The notes below the pieces were generated by a model. That model was not told the origin of the DNA. It searched no databases and saw only the letters and a list, made by a program, of their open reading frames with translations. A program made the position numbers and the translations under genes. Shown here piece after piece: positions 1 through 10,757 of a stretch of DNA of 64,000 bases. The DNA is from Rhynchopus sp. YZ270_cl-10 (Eukaryota). The DNA lies in the NCBI GenBank assembly GCA_964035575.1, contig OZ037833.1, positions 2,790,001-2,854,000 on the forward strand, read 5' to 3'. How positions within the stretch are numbered: position 1 is the stretch's first letter; each line of letters starts with the position of its first letter.

Positions 1-338
1 GTGGATTTTTTTTTTCTGTTGCTACGTGATTTTTTTTCTTCTTTTTCCTCCCCGCAAAGTTTTCAAAAAAAAAAGAGACACTACAGTAGACTACAAAGCT
101 CTCCCTCCCTCTCCTCATATTTCTCCTTTTTTTTCATTGCATTTTTCTTTCTGTCTGCAGGGTACCCTCAGGATACCTCATGATTTTCATCCGGGGCTGG
201 TATAGTACAGTCACATCGGAGGTGCCTGCATCAATAACTTCCATTTCTCAAAAAAAAATTCCCTTCTTTCCAACTCAACTCCACTCATCCCTTCAGAATA
301 CATCTTAAGGGGGTTTCCTCCAAAAAAAAAATCTCAAT

Positions 339-3300
339 ATGGATCGTCCACCACCGAGCCCTCAGAAGGGAGGTTCCCTTGCGTTTTCACGGTCGCTCAG
401 TTCCAACATCGCGAGACGGTCTATTAGCGCGGCAACAGAGCTGCATTCCTCACTCCAATCCTGCAGTTCACGACTTCTACGGGTTCGGGAACACAAAGAA
501 GGGCATTTTGATGAGGGTCTTGGAGCAGAGGTGATGGGGCAGAACTGTGTGTCTGTGGGGCTCCGCAGTGCGTCGTCTGGTATTGCACACTGCGCTGTCG
601 CGGAGTTTCTTGAGGCAGGGGGATGCACTGTGATGCAAAACCGTGTTCTTCATAGCGCTGTGACGGACACCTTCCGTCTCCTGCAGTGCTTTCGGAACCC
701 TACCATGGTGTGTTCGTACCATAAGGTGAAGGACAAAACATACTTTGATCACATCTCATTTACGGCATTTGACATCAAACTCCACCCATTAAGCACACCG
801 CTATTGGAAGCAATGCAGACACCAGAGTCCACCGGAGCCATGCCGTTCACCAGAGAAGCGCTCCCGGAGTGCATTCTGCGTACTCTATGCGAAGGGGATG
901 CAGACGTTGTGGCGGAGCTGGTTCTGTGCATCTACGTCTTCGGGATGGATGGAGGCGGTGTGGACGCGCTCTTTGGGACAAGCTTCAATCGGACGAAGAC
1001 AGTGTCTGCAGGAATGCGTGCTCGGGTGCATGCGTTGCTTGGGTGGAAGGGGAGGAGGGTTAGGGTAACTGCGGCAGACGCAGCGACGGTGGCCAAGGGG
1101 TTGTACCGTGGACTGCTTGTGGTGTTGATTCTACGGTGTAACCAAAGGATAGCAGAGTGTGCAGGAATGGTCGCGAAGGGGGCGATGACGGACCTCTGCT
1201 CGACGTTGAGTTGTCTTACCTTGGGGGATTGGTTTGCGAAGGCCACAGCGAAGATAGTTTGCGGTGAGTTTGCCTCTGCCTTAGAGGTGCCTGAAGCGGA
1301 GTACCCGAAGGACGATCTGGTGCTCGCAGGAGACACCTTTGAAGCGTTGCGTGAGAGTGAGAAGCACCCCCTCATCGAGGACGTCATTCTCACAGCGTGG
1401 CAGTCCGTTGGGAAGCGTTCCGTGTGTTCGCACACCCGCGCGGTGGAGGAGGTGGCGGCCTTTGAGCGTGCAGTGCTGCGTCCTGATATGCGCCTCGTGG
1501 CTGTCTTCGATACGTCGCCTTTGTCTGAGGTGTCCCGTGAGAGGCAGGCAGGGCTTCTCGACATTCCGCTTGACACAAAGATCCTCCCGCTCTCGCGCAG
1601 AGGGTACAAAGGGTACGACATCCACGCAGACGTCTCCTTCCGTGATGTGCACAATGAAATCGCACGGCATGGGTCCATCAAGCATGCAGATGGCTTCGCA
1701 GAAAGCGGCACCTCCTCCCCTGGGGTGGTTGCGATGCAGGCGCTTGGGGGGAAGGTGCCTGGGCATGGTCATGGGTCTCATGGGTCGTCGCAGAGCAACC
1801 CAATGGAGGCCACCTTTGGGATCTCACGTAGGCCTAGTACCAGCAACGTGGAGGGGTCGCCGGATGGTAGTGTGCAGCGTGCGGTGAATGCGGAGGAGCT
1901 GCGTCTTGACTCGTCGTGGATGGGGCGGAGTGTGTCGCAGAATGTGCAGAATGGGAATCCCAGATCGCAGTCGCAGTCGCTGTCCCACCGTGATATGTCT
2001 GTCTCAGGGCGTTCGCAAGGAAGCAACCCTATCTCCGAGGTCTTCTCCGGATCGTGGAAGCCCAGCAAGCTGTCGCAGAGCGACAGAAGGTCGCAGGAGG
2101 GTGGAGAGCGGCCCGGAGGAGGGGTGTCGCTCGAGAACTCACCCGGTGTTCCTCTCATGCCCGACAATGGGGAGGGTGGTCTCCCTACAGGGCGGAGGCT
2201 TATGCTTACCGTAGGCTCCGATGAATCTGGAGATGTCAAGACAGAGAAGAAGGAGCCGGAGTGGTGGCAGCGTGACACCTATGTGCAGGATTGGGTGCGC
2301 AACGGTGACGACGGCGTGCGGTGGAACGCTCGCGGTGAGTCGCATGGCCTCTACGGCAGGGGCGACCAGCACCCTGCACCGCGCGAGGAATTGGACCGGA
2401 GGGAAGCTTGGTTTGCTCAAATCACCCCGCAGCAGTGGACGAGGGAGACCGGTCATGTTGGGTCCTGGTGGCAGAAACGGCCGTACGTACAGGATTACCA
2501 GAACAACGGAGAGGGGGGGGGTAGGTGGCTGGCAGCGGATGAGAGAAGTGGGTTCGACGGAAAGGGGCGAGACTTTCCTGCTTCGCCGTCGGAGATGCTG
2601 AGGCGCAAGAAGTGGTACCGCAACGGTGAGGACGACTCAGGCTCTGAGAGCAGCGACGAGCCTACGTTATGGTGGCAGCGCCAACGCTACGTCGATGACT
2701 GGCGCAACAACGGCCCTGAGGGCACCAGATGGAACGCCATCGACGAAACCGCAGGCACTGCCGGCACAGCACAGACCTTCCCTGCACCTCACGCAGAGCA
2801 ACTCCGCCGCAACACATGGTACCTAGAGAACATACCCGTCGTCACCGGAAGCACACGAGTCTCTCACCCTAGCCACACCCCAACAGACCCGTCGTCCCCA
2901 AAGCCAATGGCAGACGCAACACCACACACGAATATCTCCGGCAGCGCCATTGAAACCCAATGGGGCGCACTCTCAGAGATGTCCGACTCCGATGTGAAGG
3001 ATGCACCACCGTCTAGGATCGAGGAGGACGTGCCTCGCGTGCAGCTCCAGATAGAGGCACCGGAGACGCACAGCCATCGTATTGCGCACAGAATGCCGCC
3101 AGGGGTCATGCCACTGCAGCCGTCACTGCCGTATACCCCGTCGGTGTCTGCGTCTGTGTCAGCGTCACTCCCAGAGACAGGGACAGGGACAGAGACGACA
3201 CAGAGCGAGAGGGACGATGTTGCTGTGACGTCCTCTGGTAAGCAACCCCCAGTCATTGTCGGTGGTGGTGAAGGGGCAACAGAGGGCATGCCCGACCAGG

Positions 3301-6300
3301 CTGGGTGGCTGCGCCGTGGTGTGCAAGGTGAAGACTCCGGCAGCGGGAGGGGCGAGGCAGAGGGGCCCCACCCCAACACCTACCCCGCAGTCACCGACAC
3401 CTTGACGGTGTCGTCCTCCGTTCCGAAGACAACAAAGGAAACCGGGGGCGCCACGTCAGACCCTTCCTTTGGCATCTCGTCCTCAGTTCCGAAGACAGCA
3501 TCTGAGGTGCTGTCGGACCCTTCTTTGTATGTATCATCGTCCACAGCGCATAGACAGAGCACAGCTGAGCCAACAGGGGATGTGACGCGGTCAAACCAGC
3601 GCCTTGGGGTGTCGTCTCACAACACTGATGTGATGCGGTCGAAGCAGTATCTTGGTGCACCTAGCAGTGCAACAGATGTGACGTACAATGCAACGCATCA
3701 CCCGAACATTGAGAGCATCGTTGTGTCCTCTGCAGACACGGATGGGACAGATGTGACACACTCGCAGCATCGTGTTGGGCGTTCTCATGGCGGCACTGCG
3801 ACGCACATCCCCAAGATAGAGAGCATCGTGTCCTCGGCTGACACTTCTACAGAGGATCCACCACCAGAGGCAGAAGGTCTTCTTGCATCCGACATCCCTG
3901 CTGCAAGAGAAAGCACGCACCACCTCCATGCCCGTCCAGGCGCCCTTCCTTGGGGGCACGATGTTGGGGCGGAGACTGGAAGCACCGATGCAGCAGTGTC
4001 TGCCACACAGCCGCATCTGGAGGGGAGTCGGTATGGTTCTGATATCAGTGCAAGCTCTCTTGCGTCCAGGCAGCCTCCTTCACCATGTGACGCACCGGTG
4101 TCATTGTTGAATGCAACGCCGCCAATGGAGAGCACACCACAGATGCAGCATCGAGTTGCTTGGGGTGGATCTGGTACTGTGGCAGAGGAGGTGGTCGAGG
4201 CGGAGGTGGAGGAGGAGGAGGAGGGGGGTGATGCCACGCAGAATGCGACACTTCCTTTGGAGGATACGGCTGAGGTGAGTAGGGTGAGTGGTGTGCGTGG
4301 TGGTGGTGAAGAAGATGGTACACCGCCGCCGCCGCCAGTAGATGCTTCTGGTGTCTCGCTGTCGGTCCTCACAGCGTCAGACCCAACGCTTTTCGGAGAT
4401 GAAACCCCGTCGGTGCGTCCGCCTGCAGAAGGGACCTTTATCAGCGCAACGCTGCACAGCACCTTTGTGTCGTTGGACTCTAACTCCAGTGTGTCGGTGA
4501 CGCCGCAGAAAGAAAAGGAAAAGGTGAAAGACCGCGTGCGGCGTGCCGTGAGTGATGGGACCGTGACACACTTCTCGGAGGGTGGCGATGGCACGACCTC
4601 TGCCTCACCACGTGACCTCGCAAACCCCGACACCATCGCCCTGTCCGACTCAGACTCATCCTCTCTGTCGCTACACACCGAAGGCCCCGTAGCTGCTGAC
4701 GACCCTGCAGTAGCCTCAGGCAAGGCACACCTCCTCCAAGGTGCAGGACGTGAACCAGGTTGGTCTCATGGGGAAGGTGCCAGCGACGGGTCTGAAGAGA
4801 GCCTCTGGAGTCGCGATGGTGAGGGTGAGGACGACAGACCTGTTTCTCCTGCGCTGTCCTCACCGCTGTCTGTTGCTGTAAACGGTGCGCAGAAGGGTCA
4901 AGAAGGAGAAGGCACCGTGTCGCTGGGACTGTCGGACAACGCACGGAAGGTTGGTCAGGAGAGCCAGGAGAGCCAGGAGGAGGAGGGCCCTGTGGCTGAG
5001 CTGGATGCACCTGAGGTCGCCGTTGGTCAGCGAAACCTTCTCCAAGGCGCGGCATGTGAACCAGGTTGGTCTCACGGTGAACATGCCAGTAACGCCTCTG
5101 AGGGGAGCCTCTGGAGTGACAATGGCAAGGCTGAGGACGACGAACCTGTTTCTCCTGCACTGTCCTCCCCATTGGAAAACTTTGGCCTACCGTCTAGCCA
5201 CGACCCCATGCCGATGCTGTCCCCCGCCACAAGCAGGAGAAGCTCCGTGGAGCAGTCGTTCCAAGGAGCGAGCCATTCCAACACCAACTCTACGCTCCTC
5301 GACTCCAAGGACGCGAACTACCCTGGAGCCTCCACTGTGGAGGAGGATGAACCCATTGACGGACCTCGCGACATCACAATGACCCTCCACGACAACCCTC
5401 CAGACGGGGACGTGGCAGAGACGACTGGAAGCCCAACCAACCGCCACTTCATTTCCACCCGCGGCGAAACCACACGTGTCCTGGACAGCGTACTGAACTC
5501 TGTGTTGACCGACTCCTCAGAGCACATCCCACACAGCATCTGCACCACCGAGGATGCACCGAACTGCGCTGCATCTGCTTTGTGTGAGACCTTTCCGGAT
5601 CTCACCGACGACGAGGAGGAAGAGGAGGAGGAGGAGTACGATGACTACAACGCCGTGGACCGCTCCCACTTCGCAGTGACCTGCGACCTCTCAGGGACCG
5701 TCCAGGACAGCCCTTCCTTCGACACAACACCGCCCGACGGTGCCACAGTGTCTCATATGTCACCTTTACCGCGTGGTGCTGCCTCCACCTCGTTCAAGGA
5801 GCCCGACACACCAAACATTGCAGACCCATTCGCAAGCGACGACCTTCACAACAGCGGTACACCGCCCCTCGACAAAACCCTGTTCGGAACCAGGGATGGC
5901 TACCAACTCCACAACGCACACCAAAACCCTTTCAAGGATGAGCCGTTGGAGCATGCCTTCTGCGTGGACGCAGAGGTACGCGATGCGTTCACCTCTAAGG
6001 TGGACGACATATGGCGTGCAAAGGAAGGCTCGATCCTGGATGAGCTGCAGGACAACCTCGTCTGCGACGCTATGTTCTATGAGACGGGTGAAGGCAAGAT
6101 AGACAGAATCCGCGCCCTCTGTCTCCGCCTGCGTGCAGCGCATGGGAGGGACTACCCTGAGATGTGTCTGCTCGAGCTGCTTGCACTGCATCTCTACACG
6201 CTGTCGGGTGCAGACATCGACGCGGTCATGGGGTTCCCGGATGTGCCTTCCTATGGCGTCACGCCTGAGGAGGTGCAGGCATGGAACGCATACTCTGCAC

Positions 6301-9300
6301 ACAACAAAGCGATGTTCCGCGAGGCCAACTGGTGCATGCGCGCTGCCATGGAGGACGCTGAGCTGCAGATGCGTGAGGGCGACGCGGTTCACTTCAACGA
6401 TGATATGGTGTGCTGGGCTACGTTGCAGCGGTGCGTCAAATTCATTGTACTCATCATGGCTGTCGCACGCGACACACGACCTAAGCTGGTCAGTGGCAAG
6501 GAAATCAAACGTGCCTTCCGAGGCATCACCGGCCTTCCAGACACTGCATTGGACAGACACGCCGCACTGCAAAAGAAAGAGACCCTCTGCTGGCCGGGTG
6601 CATCCTCCTGTGCAGTGGACCCCTCTGTCTCGGTCAACTACATCCGCGGGTCCACTGCCAATGCCACCGCAGCTGCCGTGCGCACAGAGCAGAGCACAAC
6701 ACACGACACAGACGCAGACACCGACGACACCCGCCCCACTGCGATTCTCTTCAAGGTAGCCCGCGTCAACCATGGCGTGCCACTCTCTCACATCAGCAAA
6801 TACCCTGCAGAGACCGAGATCCTCCTTCCACCACTCGCAGACGTGCAGGTCACCAAGGTCTTCTCTGCTGCCGACGTCGACAGCACGATAGAAGGCCCCT
6901 ACGCAGAGATGACCCTAAAGCTCCAGGACCTCGGCAGCGACCAGCTCGAGGCTCTGTGCAAGGCTGCACGCGAGGAGGCTGCCGTTGCATCATCGTGGCT
7001 GGAGGGGCTTCTGCAGGAGCCTGAACCGATCCCTGCAGCAGGAGACACCTTGACATACTCATCTGACTTAGGGGAGGCCGTGGGTCGCCAGGAGTCTGAG
7101 GGTCTGAGCGAAGAAGACCACCTCTCCGTTGGTGTCCCTGTTCGCGATGCACAGAGGGACGACCGCTACCGTGCGGAGACCAGCGGGACGACGGTGGAGG
7201 AGGGGTTCGGGTATGTGCACAAAGGGGGCGAGGAGTCTGGGGCAGACTTTGTGATTCCGATGTCTGCTGTGCGGAGGGGCTTTCAGAGCAGCTGGCTGGA
7301 CGCATCTGCGAAGGGGAGTGCCTTCCGCAGCATCCTCATCGGCGCTGCGGGGATGGTGACACCCAACGCATACGGCGACTTCGAAGACTTTGTCAGCAAG
7401 ATCTGCTCACACCTTTCTATGGAGCGCTCCCTCATCCACGACGAGGCCGGCATCAGTGGCGTCCGCATGTCCAAAACCGTTGAAGGGTCTCCCAAACGAG
7501 GCAGCAAAGCCAGCTCTGTGGGGTCCTGCGAATCATGCGTCTGGTGCGAAGATGAATACGAGCTGGCGATGCTTCTTTCCGAGCGTCTTGGTGTGTTTGT
7601 GGACACATTCGCTTCGTTTGATGCACCCAAGCAGGCGCAGGCCCAAGAGGAGACCTTTGTGAAGACACAGCCGACCGGTGGTGTGTTGGTTGCGTCTGAA
7701 TACTTGAGCGGCAACGCAGTGGCGATGACACGCGATGAGGTGGACCATGCGGGACGCTACGGCATTCTTGAGCTGAGCACCGCCACCCAAGGGTCGCGCC
7801 ACCACTCCGCACCACGCCACGGGACGGCACCCGACAACACCCCCGGTACTGTGCCCGACTACGGCACTGCTGTCACACCCGAGCTGTGCGACGACATCGT
7901 CTCCTACGTGCTCTACACAGGCGCCGAAGTGGAGGCACTCACCGCACAGACCGCAGACCCCTTCGCTCTCTACTGGGTATCCCTCGTGACAACCGACGCA
8001 CCCTCAGCAGTGTACCCCTTAGAGCAGTCCGCGCCACATCAGTCCAAGCAAGAGGCCCTCCCAAAGTTTTTCAGTGAGGTGGTGACGGTGTTGGACGAAG
8101 CCATCTCCGACCCGACTGTGGTGTCGTATGCGCGACGCAGATCGCAGGCGTGGTTTGGCGGACAGCACTTCTGCAGCAGACAGTTCATCCACGCAGTGAT
8201 GCGGCCGCTGCGTGCCTGGTATGAGTCGGTCACTTCGTCGATGATACCGTTCCTTTCCAACCGACGCTACAATGCGCAGCTGGGCGCGTCGTTCACACAT
8301 CGTCTGACCTCTGCGGAGCAATGGCACTACTTCATCCTGATCATGACGTGCGCTGCGTCAGACAAGAAGGACAAAGCCTCTGCGGCACGCGCCTCTGCAT
8401 GGCTCATCCACGTCACCCGCGCAGTCGCTGCAGTCGCACGCGACGGAGAGGACGCGCTCCTGCACACCCTCTTCGAAGCAAAAGCGGTGTACCTCTTCAT
8501 ATCCCTTACCACGTGGGGCGTGGCACGTGGCAGAAGCAAGACACGCATCACCTTGACAGACTCGCTTGCCGCGCTCTTCATGATGTTCGCGAAGGACCCA
8601 CGCAGCGGGAGCATGCTGACAACAAGCAGCACCTTCATGCTTCTGCTGGCAGCCTTCTGCAAGCGGATCCTCCAAACCCAACCATGCGGCCACGCTGCGA
8701 TGTGTGTCCTCAAGATGCTAGAACGCCTCCTCCTCCACCGCGCTGAGTACGGCCTGTGCAGAATCGCCCCACAGATCCCACAGGAGGTCATCCTCGAGGT
8801 GCTCTCGAAGCAGACCCCAGCACACACCTCCCATCGCATGGTGTGTCTACGGCTGCTCTGCTACGGTTATGCGGCGTACAAAGGACGTGACGCTTTCCGC
8901 ACCATCGCACCCCGCGTATGCGAACAGATCTTCCATCCTACCCCAGAGATTGTCTCAGAAATCGGCTGTGCATTTGGGGCTCTCATTGCCGTCTACTGCG
9001 ACAAAGCGACTGTCTTTGAGACAGTTATCAGCTCTGGGTTGGTTGCCTCCCTTATCGACCTAGCGTTCTGTGACAAAGGCCTGCGTGCCTCAGCACTCAA
9101 AGCAGTGGTACACCTATGCAGGGCGAGCCCGTTGATATGCGAAGCATTGGGGGATGTTTTGCATAAGCGTGGCCACAGCCTGCGTGGTCCCTTTGCAAAG
9201 GCGTTGAGTGCGGGTGATATTCTTGCGTTGGTGCACATAGTGGCGGAGTGGACGCGGGACTGTCCTACCCAAGGGAGGCGGGTGCAAGAAGTGGAGCTTC

Positions 9301-9530
9301 CACGTATCAAGCCTCCGCATCTGCCACAAAGTGCGGTAGCAGGGGACCTATTGAAATCCAAGCATGTGGACCCAGTCGCACGCCCCGCATCATCACGCAA
9401 GCAACGGGTTGAGATGTCGCTCCCAAAGGAGCACAACACAGTGTCTGGGACAGCATCGCAGCCCCAAACCTCTGTTGCGACGCGCAGGGTGACGGTTTCT
9501 ATGGCCCCGCGGACGTTAGGGGTGGAATGA
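339..9530 (+). CDS. Giant 3063-aa protein: degenerate ART-like N-domain, 3 Trp-rich repeats, long disordered region, R-S-E type ADP-ribosyltransferase domain, helical (ARM-like) C-terminus
   Basis: Uninterrupted 9.2-kb ORF. ART motifs at ~6170-6840: LLALHLYT, AFRG, WPGASSC, SKYPAETEILLPP. Confidence 0.8.
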   Translation: MDRPPPSPQKGGSLAFSRSLSSNIARRSISAATELHSSLQSCSSRLLRVREHKEGHFDEGLGAEVMGQNCVSVGLRSASSGIAHCAVAEFLEAGGCTVMQNRVLHSAVTDTFRLLQCFRNPTMVCSYHKVKDKTYFDHISFTAFDIKLHPLSTPLLEAMQTPESTGAMPFTREALPECILRTLCEGDADVVAELVLCIYVFGMDGGGVDALFGTSFNRTKTVSAGMRARVHALLGWKGRRVRVTAADAATVAKGLYRGLLVVLILRCNQRIAECAGMVAKGAMTDLCSTLSCLTLGDWFAKATAKIVCGEFASALEVPEAEYPKDDLVLAGDTFEALRESEKHPLIEDVILTAWQSVGKRSVCSHTRAVEEVAAFERAVLRPDMRLVAVFDTSPLSEVSRERQAGLLDIPLDTKILPLSRRGYKGYDIHADVSFRDVHNEIARHGSIKHADGFAESGTSSPGVVAMQALGGKVPGHGHGSHGSSQSNPMEATFGISRRPSTSNVEGSPDGSVQRAVNAEELRLDSSWMGRSVSQNVQNGNPRSQSQSLSHRDMSVSGRSQGSNPISEVFSGSWKPSKLSQSDRRSQEGGERPGGGVSLENSPGVPLMPDNGEGGLPTGRRLMLTVGSDESGDVKTEKKEPEWWQRDTYVQDWVRNGDDGVRWNARGESHGLYGRGDQHPAPREELDRREAWFAQITPQQWTRETGHVGSWWQKRPYVQDYQNNGEGGGRWLAADERSGFDGKGRDFPASPSEMLRRKKWYRNGEDDSGSESSDEPTLWWQRQRYVDDWRNNGPEGTRWNAIDETAGTAGTAQTFPAPHAEQLRRNTWYLENIPVVTGSTRVSHPSHTPTDPSSPKPMADATPHTNISGSAIETQWGALSEMSDSDVKDAPPSRIEEDVPRVQLQIEAPETHSHRIAHRMPPGVMPLQPSLPYTPSVSASVSASLPETGTGTETTQSERDDVAVTSSGKQPPVIVGGGEGATEGMPDQAGWLRRGVQGEDSGSGRGEAEGPHPNTYPAVTDTLTVSSSVPKTTKETGGATSDPSFGISSSVPKTASEVLSDPSLYVSSSTAHRQSTAEPTGDVTRSNQRLGVSSHNTDVMRSKQYLGAPSSATDVTYNATHHPNIESIVVSSADTDGTDVTHSQHRVGRSHGGTATHIPKIESIVSSADTSTEDPPPEAEGLLASDIPAARESTHHLHARPGALPWGHDVGAETGSTDAAVSATQPHLEGSRYGSDISASSLASRQPPSPCDAPVSLLNATPPMESTPQMQHRVAWGGSGTVAEEVVEAEVEEEEEGGDATQNATLPLEDTAEVSRVSGVRGGGEEDGTPPPPPVDASGVSLSVLTASDPTLFGDETPSVRPPAEGTFISATLHSTFVSLDSNSSVSVTPQKEKEKVKDRVRRAVSDGTVTHFSEGGDGTTSASPRDLANPDTIALSDSDSSSLSLHTEGPVAADDPAVASGKAHLLQGAGREPGWSHGEGASDGSEESLWSRDGEGEDDRPVSPALSSPLSVAVNGAQKGQEGEGTVSLGLSDNARKVGQESQESQEEEGPVAELDAPEVAVGQRNLLQGAACEPGWSHGEHASNASEGSLWSDNGKAEDDEPVSPALSSPLENFGLPSSHDPMPMLSPATSRRSSVEQSFQGASHSNTNSTLLDSKDANYPGASTVEEDEPIDGPRDITMTLHDNPPDGDVAETTGSPTNRHFISTRGETTRVLDSVLNSVLTDSSEHIPHSICTTEDAPNCAASALCETFPDLTDDEEEEEEEEYDDYNAVDRSHFAVTCDLSGTVQDSPSFDTTPPDGATVSHMSPLPRGAASTSFKEPDTPNIADPFASDDLHNSGTPPLDKTLFGTRDGYQLHNAHQNPFKDEPLEHAFCVDAEVRDAFTSKVDDIWRAKEGSILDELQDNLVCDAMFYETGEGKIDRIRALCLRLRAAHGRDYPEMCLLELLALHLYTLSGADIDAVMGFPDVPSYGVTPEEVQAWNAYSAHNKAMFREANWCMRAAMEDAELQMREGDAVHFNDDMVCWATLQRCVKFIVLIMAVARDTRPKLVSGKEIKRAFRGITGLPDTALDRHAALQKKETLCWPGASSCAVDPSVSVNYIRGSTANATAAAVRTEQSTTHDTDADTDDTRPTAILFKVARVNHGVPLSHISKYPAETEILLPPLADVQVTKVFSAADVDSTIEGPYAEMTLKLQDLGSDQLEALCKAAREEAAVASSWLEGLLQEPEPIPAAGDTLTYSSDLGEAVGRQESEGLSEEDHLSVGVPVRDAQRDDRYRAETSGTTVEEGFGYVHKGGEESGADFVIPMSAVRRGFQSSWLDASAKGSAFRSILIGAAGMVTPNAYGDFEDFVSKICSHLSMERSLIHDEAGISGVRMSKTVEGSPKRGSKASSVGSCESCVWCEDEYELAMLLSERLGVFVDTFASFDAPKQAQAQEETFVKTQPTGGVLVASEYLSGNAVAMTRDEVDHAGRYGILELSTATQGSRHHSAPRHGTAPDNTPGTVPDYGTAVTPELCDDIVSYVLYTGAEVEALTAQTADPFALYWVSLVTTDAPSAVYPLEQSAPHQSKQEALPKFFSEVVTVLDEAISDPTVVSYARRRSQAWFGGQHFCSRQFIHAVMRPLRAWYESVTSSMIPFLSNRRYNAQLGASFTHRLTSAEQWHYFILIMTCAASDKKDKASAARASAWLIHVTRAVAAVARDGEDALLHTLFEAKAVYLFISLTTWGVARGRSKTRITLTDSLAALFMMFAKDPRSGSMLTTSSTFMLLLAAFCKRILQTQPCGHAAMCVLKMLERLLLHRAEYGLCRIAPQIPQEVILEVLSKQTPAHTSHRMVCLRLLCYGYAAYKGRDAFRTIAPRVCEQIFHPTPEIVSEIGCAFGALIAVYCDKATVFETVISSGLVASLIDLAFCDKGLRASALKAVVHLCRASPLICEALGDVLHKRGHSLRGPFAKALSAGDILALVHIVAEWTRDCPTQGRRVQEVELPRIKPPHLPQSAVAGDLLKSKHVDPVARPASSRKQRVEMSLPKEHNTVSGTASQPQTSVATRRVTVSMAPRTLGVE

Positions 9531-10757
9531 GGAAGGGGGTGCGTTAAAGCGCTGGAGTAAACATCTCAGAGAAGTTTTGAGGGAACATCTCAAGTTTGTG
9601 GCGTGGTTTTTTAAAAGATAGGGTTTGCGCAGCTTCGGGCAATCTCAGTGCAACCCGAATCTTTTAAATTATCGCAAAGTTTCAAACCCAGGGTGTTCCC
9701 CCGCATGATAACGATAGTGGAAAGTTTCGTGGCATATTCATTCCAAGAGTTTTTCTGTTTTTCTTTTCTTACACATTCATCTTAGTTTTTTTTTTAGCTT
9801 ATGTTTATTGCGCCGCTTTCCAATAATAGTTAGTATATTTTTTAGTTTCAGTTTTTTCAGTTCTTTTTTTGCTTTTCATTGTTTTTGTTATTTTTTTTGT
9901 TTCGTGTACTTTGCCTGCCTTCGTCAACCCCACGTATGTTCCATATTAGCATGTGGCTCAGCAACCGCCTATATGGTCGCTGGCATTGTCACCTATGTTC
10001 CAATACTCTTTGGAACTACATTTTGCATAACCGGAAAGGGGGGAAGGTCCAAGCGAGTGCACACATCCCACCCCACCGACCTTCTTTTCTAAGGTACCCA
10101 GGTCACCTTATCACCCAATGATCTTTTTTTTTGTGCCCAGCATCCGACTGAAGTGTGTAGGTCAATAAAGATTTCCCCCTTAGAATAATCCTCGAACACA
10201 TGAGAGGCTTGAGATAGTGATATCTTATTACACCCCTTTTTTTTTCTTGCGGATTCATGGAGTTCTCAAGGCTTTTTGTATGGTTTTGATGTGATGGGTC
10301 ATATGTCGCATTTCATCTGTTTTTTTCCCAAGCTTCTTTGATTGGTACACTGTCACGTGAGGGCTTTGTATTTCAGGTCAAATTTTATTTTTGATGACCA
10401 AGCATTGCGAGGCTTGGACTCATCTTAACAACTTTTTCTTTTTATTTACAACGTACAGTGATTCCCTTTTACGAAGGGGGACGAAGCGTCACCTTCGGAG
10501 CAATAAAAATACACAAAAAAACGCAACAAAGGGAATCACAACTCACATAACACTATCTGTGATTTTTTTTCTTTATCCGTGTACAACGTCACCTCTCCTC
10601 TCCTTCTGCAGTGTTCTCTTTGATACCTCGAGTACTCTCAGGGTATAGAGCGATGGTCCGTGTACTCTGCCATGCAAAGTGCTCCAATCCTAATCCAAAT
10701 CCAAATGCAAGTGTTCTCTTCTCACCACACACCTTCTCCCAGACAAAAAGCAGCACT

